A stretch of DNA of 64,000 bases, taken from Haliotis rubra (Eukaryota). Positions 56,901 to 64,000 of this stretch are shown here, piece after piece. A model generated the notes under the pieces. That model was not told the DNA's origin and did no database searches. It was given only the letters and a program-made list of their open reading frames with translations. Made by a program: the position numbers and the translations under genes. Within the stretch, counting starts at the first letter, position 1. Every line of letters begins with the position of its first letter. Where the stretch lies: positions 3,844,001 to 3,908,000 of the forward strand of contig NW_025766447.1 in NCBI RefSeq assembly GCF_003918875.1, written 5' to 3'.

Positions 56901-58314
56901 AAAACCAGCACAGTGGGGAGGCAGTCAACAACACATGGCTGTTTCTGCACACTGATAACTACAGCATTGATTAACAGAAATCTGAGTCTAAGGGAGGTAA
57001 CTCTACTTACCATCTAGTGACTCTACAGGAGAGTAGTATCTACTGTCATCTACTGAACGATCATCATTGTCACGGAGTAGAGGTGTTCGCTCATCAATAT
57101 ACCCTCTGGAAGCTGGGAAGAGATGAAAAACGGGATATGTACTTCCTGAATGTCTACTTCTCTCTTTGACATAACTATTCGTATAACTAAACATGCATCA
57201 TAATAGAAAGGGAAAGAGAGAGAGATACTAGTATCTACTGCTTTGAATAGTATTGGCAATTGTACATTAGATTAAATTATTAATACTTAAATAAAACAGC
57301 TGGTTTGTAGGGCAGCATTTCCACTTTTTGTTACAGAAATGAGACATGATACAAAGTGTGAGACAGAATAAGTACTTTGAATGTACATTTTAATTATATT
57401 TTCACACAAAAGCCTCATATTGAAAGACAGGGTAACTATACATGGCATTAGTTAAACATCGCTTTTAAGACTCAGTACCACATGGCATTAGTTAAACATC
57501 GCTTTTAACACTCAGTACCACATGGCATTAGTTAAACATCACTTTTAACACTCAGTACCACATGGCATTAGTTAAACATCACTTTTAACACTCAGTACCA
57601 CATGGCATTAGTTAAACATCACTTTTAACACTCAGTACCACATGGCATTAGTTAAACATCACTTTTAACACTCAGTACCCATCAAAACATGTGCACTGGC
57701 GTAGTGCCAACAAACCAAAATATAAACCATATTGACTCTGGAATTCGAATAAGATCCTAAAACAAGTCAATGCAGATTCTGTTACCTCTTTCCCTTTTCT
57801 CCCTGTCTTTGGTCTCCTGTGGCAGCACCTTGAAGTCGAGGAACCACGTCTCTACCCATGCCAGCACGAAGGAGATGATGAGCAAACAGTAGCTCAGGGG
57901 GTTCTTACTGCTCTGGGTGGAGCCAAACTGGACATATACAACCAGGCAGCTTATTAAAATCCTATATTATACATGGAATTCCTATATAACATATTGCATT
58001 CCTATGACATCCAGTATAACACATGACATTCCTATTTAACACATGGCATTCCCATACAACATATGGCATTATTGTGGGAGCAATTTCCATTTTTTCAGTA
58101 CACTGTGGCGCCAAATAGTCAATGTCATCATGGTCAGTTGCTGAAATTTTGTAGTCATGGAAGGGGAAAAAGAAAAGAGAAAACAATTAATCAGGATCAT
58201 TGTGAAACAGGACTAAAACCAAGCAACTACACTAGAGGATGGAGAAGATTTAGTACTTACATCAAATAAAAATATTTTTGCAACCAAGAAGGCACAGGAC
58301 AAAAACGTTGTTAC
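29859..58314 (-). CDS. STARD3: StAR-related lipid transfer protein 3 (MLN64), 5'-partial, 9 coding exons (339 aa) in window
   Basis: Exons 58261-58314, 57786-57927, 57011-57112, 35583-35659, 32978-33139, 32374-32469, 31771-31955, 30981-31074, 29859-29966; all GT-AG, phase-consistent, 1020 nt. Signatures: MENTAL SFVLAWVETWFLDFKVLPQE, FFAT-type YYSPVES, START WNPTV / SRDFV / RGENGPGG / NLKGWLP. Confidence 0.94.
30440..30965. repeat. ~51-bp tandem repeat in last STARD3 intron
   Basis: Unit CTTGTACAACAGGCATGTGCTGTCCCCTGTCTAACGGGCATGTGGGTGTCC. Confidence 0.95.
30981..31074 (-). CDS. STARD3: STARD3 START-domain exon (GENGPGGWGFKPVPGEPDQCIFVWLLNTNLK)
   Basis: TTTCAG acceptor, GTGAGG donor; GENGPGG motif. 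Confidence 0.94.
31771..31955 (-). CDS. STARD3: STARD3 START-domain exon (TLQVINDNTD...ITSRDFVTVR...KKYVR)
   Basis: TTGCAG acceptor, GTGAGT donor; RDFV motif. Confidence 0.94.
32223..32300 (-). mobile_element. SINE family A fragment
   Basis: ACACCAGAAATGGGCTTCACACATTGTACC body. Confidence 0.7.
32374..32469 (-). CDS. STARD3: STARD3 START-domain exon (GLVELSPADLFREIVTNQSEQPDWNPTVIECR)
   Basis: TTTCAG acceptor, GTGAGT donor; START WN motif. Confidence 0.92.
32978..33139 (-). CDS. STARD3: STARD3 START-domain exon (EVDYLSIG...EWKKE...HGKVFRLQ)
   Basis: TTGCAG acceptor, GTGAGG donor; START N-terminal helix and WK motif. Confidence 0.9.
33302..33518 (-). mobile_element. SINE-like family B, diverged
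   Basis: GTTAGTCGCCTCTTAC and GGATCTTCACGGG terminus. Confidence 0.75.
33615..33748. mobile_element. Tc1/mariner-like MITE
   Basis: ACTGGACAAAAATAGTTAGGGATAT / ATATCCCTAACTTATTTTGTCCAGT TIRs, TA flanks. Confidence 0.8.
34513..34864 (-). mobile_element. tRNA-derived SINE family C, probably Meta/MESC-domain type, full length with 13-bp TSD
   Basis: tRNA head with A/B boxes, followed by GTCATACCAAAAGACGTTAAAATATGGTACTTGTTGGTCCCTGCCTGGCGCTCGGCATTAA (Meta-like by recall). TSD CTCTACATAATGA at 34500-34512 and 34865-34877. Confidence 0.88.
35583..35659 (-). CDS. STARD3: STARD3 linker exon (GSDEETDKQARDRFYSVPATGQSNKQ)
   Basis: TTACAG acceptor (phase 1), CAG|GTAGGG donor; continues ...LDGSDEE as in human ...AGSDNE. 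Confidence 0.85.
35990..36144 (-). mobile_element. SINE family A, diverged
   Basis: (GAGT)n tail and GGGGACACCAGAAAT body. Confidence 0.8.
36625..36750 (-). mobile_element. SINE family A, old degenerate copy
   Basis: TTTAGCAATAATCCAACAATATC and CATGTGGGGAATCTAACCCG remnants. Confidence 0.55.
38522..38610. repeat. 42-bp tandem duplication
   Basis: GGAGCATGACGTAGTGTACAGTGTA(C/T)AGTCACTGGTATACTT twice. Confidence 0.85.
39280..39990. repeat. 39-bp tandem repeat with degenerate edges
   Basis: Unit CTGTATAAAACTATGTTGGTTGGTAATATAAGTATCTAC. Confidence 0.95.
42357..42599 (+). mobile_element. SINE-like family B, full length
   Basis: CCCATGAAGATCCGGGTTAGAA...GCTGGAATATTGCTGAG...CTCACTC; flanked by what appear to be remnants of an older family A copy. 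Confidence 0.85.
48368..48644. mobile_element. MITE, possibly PIF/Harbinger-like (CWG flanks)
   Basis: GCCCTGATTTCTCAAAACAAACTTAAGT / ACTTAAGTTTGTTTCGAGAAATCAGGCC TIRs. Confidence 0.8.
49520..49965 (+). mobile_element. LINE reverse transcriptase fragment
   Basis: LLMYADNLVIFSES..LQRQLN..WELEVNIAKTKIMVF, then FPYLG after a frameshift. Confidence 0.85.
50555..50625 (+). repeat. 14-bp G-rich repeat
   Basis: (GGGGTAGGGTGGTT)~5. Confidence 0.85.
52305..52453 (-). mobile_element. SINE-like family B fragment
   Basis: CCAGACAATCCAGTGATTGACATCATGAGCATC matches the family B body. Confidence 0.7.
53716..53879 (-). mobile_element. SINE family A, full length
   Basis: Head, body and (GAGT)n tail as in the other copies. 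Confidence 0.88.
55266..56855. mobile_element. Non-autonomous Tc1/mariner-pogo-like DNA transposon (~1.6 kb)
   Basis: TIR CAGTCATCCCTC..ATAACGC at both ends, TA TSD; internal repeat of TAACG(C/T)GGGTCTTGGGGTCCATGGA. Confidence 0.82.
56354..56561 (-). mobile_element. L2/CR1-type LINE 3' end nested in the DNA transposon
   Basis: Minus strand WNSLPQSLRDCSDFHTFKSNLKTHMF, short 3' UTR, (TTA)n tail. Confidence 0.85.
57011..57112 (-). CDS. STARD3: STARD3 exon with FFAT-type motif (ASRGYIDERTPLL...SRYYSPVESLD)
   Basis: TTCCCAG acceptor, G|GTAAGT donor; equivalent of human QFYSPPES. Confidence 0.9.
57441..57678. repeat. 40-bp tandem repeat, 6 copies
   Basis: Unit CATGGCATTAGTTAAACATCACTTTTAACACTCAGTACCA. 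Confidence 0.95.
57786..57927 (-). CDS. STARD3: STARD3 exon, MENTAL last TM (FGSTQSSKNPLSYCLLIISFVLAWVETWFLDFKVLPQETKDREKRER)
   Basis: Highly conserved MENTAL motif; canonical splice sites. Confidence 0.94.
58261..58314 (-). CDS. STARD3: STARD3 exon, MENTAL TM segment (VTTFLSCAFLVAKIFLFD)
   Basis: TTTCAG acceptor, GAT|GTAAGT donor; resembles a MENTAL-domain transmembrane segment. Confidence 0.88.
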
Positions 58315-58418
58315 CTGAAACATGAAAAAGAAATATTTTTTACATCTTTTCATCAGCTAAATATAAAGGGAAACATATATATTAAAACTGTAAAGAGATA
58401 TGCTTGAATACTGTTGTA

Positions 58419-58796
58419 ACAAGAAGACAAAGTCATCAATATCCCCCGCAATGGCAAAATACTCTTCATGATTATGTCTACGAGTTATGATTATGTCAAA
58501 TATTTCGGTGTGTATAGAGAAAAGTGGAATGAGAGTATTGAAAGGTTTTTAAAGTTCTGCTCCAGAAAGGAGCACTATCACCAATTTCAGTCAAAGTGAA
58601 ATTTGTTGCCATGGAAACGTCAAAATATTTTATTCAGAATTCCAAAACTACCAAAAAGGAACTAGTACACCACCAGACCAATCTATGTGCCATGTTTGGT
58701 GAAGAAATTTTGAACCGTTTTAAAGTTCTGCTCTGGAAAAGAGCACAACCACTAATTTCATTCTAAGTCGAACTTGTTGCTATGGAAACGCCAAAA
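58419..58796. repeat. Interspersed repeat with internal ~170-bp duplication, interrupted by the DIRS element
   Basis: AAAGTTCTGCTC..GAAA..GAGCAC..TTGTTGC(C/T)ATGGAAACG occurs twice. Confidence 0.6.
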
Positions 58797-59539
58797 ATGT
58801 AATTTTTTGAGTAAAATTGATATTTTATACTTATCCTGACTCATGCTCTTTTGCTTGTCTTCTTCTTCTTGCGAACATAGTGGAACACTTGTATCTCCTT
58901 AATTGAAGCTCCCTTCAATGTAAAATCACTAATTGGTACTCACCACGAGTTGCCTCCCTTGCCCTTTTGGCGGGAACAGGTGTCGCCACCCTCTGGCCTC
59001 ATGCTTCACTCTCTCCTGATTTTATGAGCCCAACACTAGAATTTACAGGGAAATCAAAGTGTTATGTGGGGAGGATGGGAGGGCTAACCTCATGAGTCAG
59101 GATAAGTATAAAATATCAATTTTACTCAAAAATTACATATTTTTCCTTATCCTGACTCATGCTCTTTGCTTGTAGAATCCTCAGGAAGCGGAGGTGGGCA
59201 AAACAGAATACTTTGGATTTATAGAATTAGTGATTTATATAGATTTAACTGTAATAACCCCTCACGGAACTTCATAAAGGCATAGACTTAGGATAATTCC
59301 TCTATTATAAGCCATAGGTTATAATGCCATACTGGGGTATTTACATTATGATATACTGAGATATTATAAACAACAATATCAAAGCGACTCTGATAGAAGC
59401 TATACCACTGAACATATATACATACTGCTAGAACTCCATTAGAGTTATAAGCTAGATAATGCATGTAACAATTATGCATATTAATCTCGTAAGACTCGTG
59501 TTAACGTTCTACGAGGACTGTCAACTGCTGTGCGAGGAC

Positions 59540-60550
59540 CAAGGGACGAGAAATGGTGAATGCCTGAGGCGTCCTCGGTGGTGATATCTCTCAGGTAAGT
59601 GATTAGCAAACACCATGTTAGATTTCCAAAAGCATCCTTCCATAATTGTATTCAAGAACAGTTACCGTAAGGCGAGAGTGGAAGCTAAGCCCTGATTTCA
59701 TGGGGATTTGATGCTGTTGGAGGGTCCAGTCCTGCTGCCTTGTAGGCAGTATGACAGTTCTTATCCATATAGATATGGTGGAACGAGAGACTTCTGTCTG
59801 AGTTGTTGCCGACAAGGGAATGAATAATCGTTTGAGAAATCTTAGCCTTGTTTTGGAGCGTCGTTAAATAGATTTTGAGAGCTCTGACTGGGCATAGAGA
59901 TAAGTCCAGTGTATCTTGAGATCGAGAATGGAGGATAATGCAGGGATATGAAATAACCTGTCTGGTTGACCTGGTAGTTGATTTTTTGCGATGAAATCCC
60001 ATCTTAATCCCAGGTGTGCTGTGTTTTGATTGTCATCAAACTGTATCCTCTCATAATCTAGTGCGTGAATTTCGACATCCCTGGCTGCTGTGGCTAGAGA
60101 TAACAGGGCGTTTTCTGTGAGAGAAGCTCAAAGTTTGTCGATTCCAGCGGTTCATAAGCCTCACTTGTGAGGTGTTGCAACACTATATTCAGATCCCAAG
60201 CTGGGAAGTGGAACTTCGCTTTTGGTCCTCCAATCGGAAGAAGCCGTAGTAAGGCCAGTAACTCTGGAGTTCTTGTTAATCTAACACCCGTTCTCATGGT
60301 AATGACAGAACTAAGCTGTGACAAAGATATGTTGACAATGTCGAGCCTTTTAAATGTTTGTTTTGCCGTAAGTAACACAAATAATCTGCCACTTGTGGAT
60401 GAGTAGCATCTCTTGCTTTAAATCCCTTATTTACTGCGTAATTCTCAAAACTGTGCCACTTGTCGCCGTACAAGTTGCGTGTAGAATAAGCGTAAGGAGC
60501 AGCGTGACGCTTTGCGCCCTGGTAGAATACCCTCTCTTGTTTAAACACAT
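59540..60550 (-). pseudogene. DIRS tyrosine recombinase ORF, fragmented
   Basis: FPAWDLNIVLQHL..YEPLE, LCPVRALKIYL, ISIWIRT and PHEIRA across frames. Confidence 0.85.
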
Positions 60551-60929
60551 TTTAATACAGTCCATACATTGAAGTTGGAATACTTCTGGGCTTCCGTGCA
60601 CCTGTTTGGTGTGTGGATGTATTAATAGATTTGAGCTTGGGTAGCTCTAGTGTTGGTTGACCGATTTCTTGAATTAGAATGGGAAACCACGTTCTGCTTA
60701 CGACCAGTAGGGCGACCAAAGTGAAGTTGGAGGCTCTGTGTTTGTCTGATTTTCTGTAACACCTTGAGGTATTATTGCTGGCGGGCGGAAGCGCGCGCAT
60801 TGAGGCCTTCCCAGGATATGCTTAAGCGTCCGTTGCCCATGCTTGTGGGTCTGGGACTGGTGACACGAATGTCGGTAGCTGATTGTTGAAGCGTGTTGCG
60901 AATAGATCTACTAGCGGGCTCTATTTGCT

Positions 60930-62386
60930 TGATTATCTGTGCAAATATTTCTGTATTGAGCATCCATTCTGTCGGTGGCGGTTGATGTGGCCGAGAGAGT
61001 CGTCTGCTAGTACATTCTTGGCTCGGGGAATGTGACATGCTCTGACATGTAGGTTTAGATCGTGTATTAGATCGAACAGTTGAAAGCTTAAAGTCAATAG
61101 GTTCAGTGATCTTGTTGAACCTTGTTTGTTCACATAGAAGCGCCACTGTCGAGTTGTCGGTATGAATCATTAAGTCGCATTCTGTAGAATGTTGCTCCAA
61201 TGAAGTATGGCGTTGATTACAGCTTTCATCTCTAACATGTTTATATGGAGCTTGCTTTCTTGCTGATTCCATAACCTGATGCGAATCGGTTGGCGAGATG
61301 AGCTCCCCAACCTTGGAGCGGTGGCGTCTACATATAGATGGGTTTTGAATTCCTGCTCTTCTAAACAAATACCATGAAACATTCAATCGACCTCCTGGTC
61401 CACCATAGTAGATGAGGTCTGAGGCGTTTTGGTAGACTGAATGGTTGTAGGTGCGTCGAGATGTGCATTGATGAAGACCTGTAATGGGAAGTAACTGTAA
61501 TCTGCCTGAGACTGTCATGTCTTGGGCTGATGTGAGAGACCCAACAGCTCTGCCATTGTAAGTAGTGGTAACGGAGAGTAGAGCTGACGGAATGGTCTGT
61601 TGGATCTTGAGCCAGCGGTCTTCCAATCTGACGATACGGTTGTGATTAAGTGATAAATCGAATGCCTAGGAACTGCAGATCTTCGCGATGGTACTAGGTC
61701 GACTTGAGTAAGTTTACTAACCATCCTAGCTGTGTTAGTAGCTTTATGATGTAGTTTAACTGTAGTTTGAGATGCTGTGGATCTTGATCTACTTGTATCC
61801 CGTCGTCGAGGTAGAACGCACGCTCGTAGCCCTAGGACGATGTAGATAGGGTGACAATAGGTTTCGTTATCCTCCGTGAATAGCCAGGGGCTGATGATAT
61901 GCCGAATGGGAGTACTTTCCATTGGTAATGTAGCCGATCTAGTGTAAATCTTAGATATTTCCTGGATTCGGGATGTATCGGGATATGTAGATAAGCGTCT
62001 TGCAGATCTATACTGGCCATGTAATCCATGGAAGGCGAATCAACTGCCGTAACTGAGGAAGGTGTATCATGCGAGAAACTTTGGTGGTTTCGCGTAGATA
62101 ATTCCTGTTGAAAAAGCTCATGTTGTAAATGAGTCTGTATTTCTCCTTGGAGTTTTTCTGCGGTACTAGGAAAACTGGGGAGTAGAAGCCTGGTTCGATG
62201 TCTACTTGATCTAGTACTTCTATGGCCTGCTTGGTTATGAGTGATGTAAACGCCTCTCTTAACTTTGGTAGTTGTTGTGCCTGTAAATCCGAACTTGTAA
62301 GGGTTGACTGTCAGCGGGCGTGGCCTGTAGTGGGATACTGAGAAATCCGTGTTGAAGAATGTTGGAGACATAAGGGTCTTTAACAT
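60930..62386 (-). pseudogene. DIRS reverse transcriptase / RNase H ORF, fragmented
   Basis: Motifs spread across ORFs 61832-62386, 61170-61382 and 60933-61133 with frame switches. Confidence 0.88.
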
Positions 62387-62589
62387 TCCCAGTTCTCCAA
62401 TTAATGTCGTTGGAGGCGTCCACCCACTTGTGGCGGTTGTACTGGAGCGGCTGGGGTGGAAGACTCCAGTCGTTCGAACCTGTCTTTCAGCGTTTATAGT
62501 TGCGGAACCTCTGGGTGTCCTGCCTCTTCCTGACCCTCCTCTATAGTTGCCATATGGGCGACGTTAAAAGAATCTTTTCCCCTGGCTGG

Positions 62590-64000
62590 CTATTTTCCTA
62601 TCCCGTGCTTTCTGTAGTCCCGAGAACTTAGATCTCCCTGAGTATCTTTGTGAAGTCTGCCTGATGGCGGCTTGCTAAGCGTGTCCATCGACTTGATCAT
62701 AAGGACTTCTCTGGAGTCCTTAGTGACTTCCTTGGAGACTTTGTCTATTCCTCCGTCAAAGATGTTTGGGGATGACCGGGGCTGTATAGAGTGGAGCTGT
62801 AAAGTTCTCACCCCAGCTGCAGGAAGCGAGGAGGCCTTGACTGACGAGCTAAGGTCAGTGCTGCTGAGACAGATGTGAGATGATCTGTAAGGAACTGCTG
62901 GTCCTTCTTTTTGCATCAGTAGGGCCGAGTAGATCATCCTATCATCTTCAGAGGTAGAGTATTCATGAAATCTGGTGATAAGTGTCTCATTGATCGTTCT
63001 AGATCTATTTAGGCCAAAGAACATGCGTCTCGTCATGTTTTCTATCTGCACCAGCTTGCGATCGTCAATCTTGTAGTTCTTGTTCTTAACATCGCTGATC
63101 AGCTTGTAGTTTTCATCGATGTCTTGTGCCTTCAGGAAGGGTCCATGTTGTGCGTGGAGAACTTCTTAAGCGAAAGTTCGGCAGATGTGGAGTCTGCACT
63201 TTCGTAGCTTTAATGAAGGCTGTATCTAGATTATGTGGCACCGCAGCAATCGGGTCGTCGGAGTAAGGTGATGGCGTCTGCATCGTCTTCCTTCATCAGG
63301 TATGTCTCGCGCTGAGTTGCCACTCTTGGGACGTGAAGATAAATCTAGGTTGTTTACCATCCAATATCTTATCTCAGCGTCTGAGAAGATGATGCCTCCA
63401 TCATCTTCTGTACCAGCATCGGAGATGAGAGGTTGATGCTCTTCTGATGGTGACCTCTGGGCTGCTATCTCTATGTCGGGTGACACCGGGGAGACCTGAG
63501 TGTAGACCTGTGTGCCGACTTGTGTGATGACCTGCGAGGTGATATGCGTGGAGATCGGCGTGGTGAACGGCGTGGAGATCGTCTAGGTGATCTGCGTCTA
63601 TGGGAAGACCTAGATCTCGCGAGGAGAATGTTGGCGGCCGTGAAGCTCTTGAATAGTCCTCGGCGTCCTTCTGGGCGATGGCGATCTGTGTGGTGACGCC
63701 GTGCAGCTTCCTCTGCGTCGGACCTGGGGGCGGCGCCTTGACTTCCGTGGCGGTTTCCGTGGCGTCTGGTGGTCTGAGTCTGCATCTGAGGGGCGAGGCG
63801 AGGATGATGGCGATCTCTCCCGTCTTCGCTGAAGGCCTTAGCGGCGACTGTACATCATCGTCGTCGTTGTTGGTGGTCTGTGACTTCCTTCTCGAAGGCT
63901 GCTTCGTCGTGGCTGCTACGCTGACTGGGGGGTGCCTCTGGGGTATCGTCTGCGTTGCTCGGGCCCTGGGCTGGCTGCTTCCCCGACTGTAGTGGCCCTC
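62590..64000 (-). pseudogene. DIRS gag-like ORF with RRSP repeats, fragmented
   Basis: Upstream of RT, GC-rich coding-like composition, (RRSP)n tract at ~63530-63610. Confidence 0.6.

Larger units (their letters stand above)
58797..64000 (-). mobile_element. DIRS1-type tyrosine-recombinase retrotransposon (frameshifted; 5' part runs off window)
   Basis: RT (SIDLQDAYLHIPIHP, LPFGISSAP, YLDD near 61800), RNase H (HINMLE, TDNSTV, KQGSTRS, NVLAD), MT-like domain (DLFATRFNNQLPTFVSP), YR (WDLNIVL, LCPVRAL, PHEIRA), RS-rich Gag, and ITR/ICR repeats at 58797-58858 and 59091-59173. Confidence 0.93.

Noticed and set aside
63471-63785. SR-protein or protamine-like host gene
   Set aside because: The RRSP tract sits in the gag position of the DIRS element.

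Overview
AT-rich animal genomic DNA. The SINE repertoire suggests a gastropod mollusc such as abalone (inference, not verified). There is no prokaryotic system and no CRISPR array. Two spliced genes on the minus strand can be rebuilt with GT-AG junctions and consistent phases. (1) A complete 7-coding-exon ankyrin-repeat/SOCS-box (ASB-like) gene, CDS 21837->12917, 1248 nt, 415 aa. (2) The 3' nine coding exons (339 aa) of STARD3/MLN64 (end of the MENTAL domain, FFAT-type motif, START domain), 58314->29859, including a 21,351-bp intron; its 5' exons lie beyond the window. The last ~5.2 kb is a DIRS1-type tyrosine-recombinase retrotransposon (Gag, RT, RNase H, MT-like domain, YR, ITR/ICR) inside a STARD3 intron, in sense orientation. 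The rest is repeats: three SINE families, Tc1 transposase relics, hAT/Tc1/Harbinger-like MITEs, LINE fragments and many minisatellites, which explain most of the long ORFs in the track. The best leads are all inferences: a candidate alternative last exon giving a START-less, STARD3NL/MENTHO-like isoform; a SINE with a non-tRNA, pseudoknot-forming head (candidate ribozyme); fold-back elements with decayed hammerhead-like motifs; and a second FFAT-like motif in STARD3.
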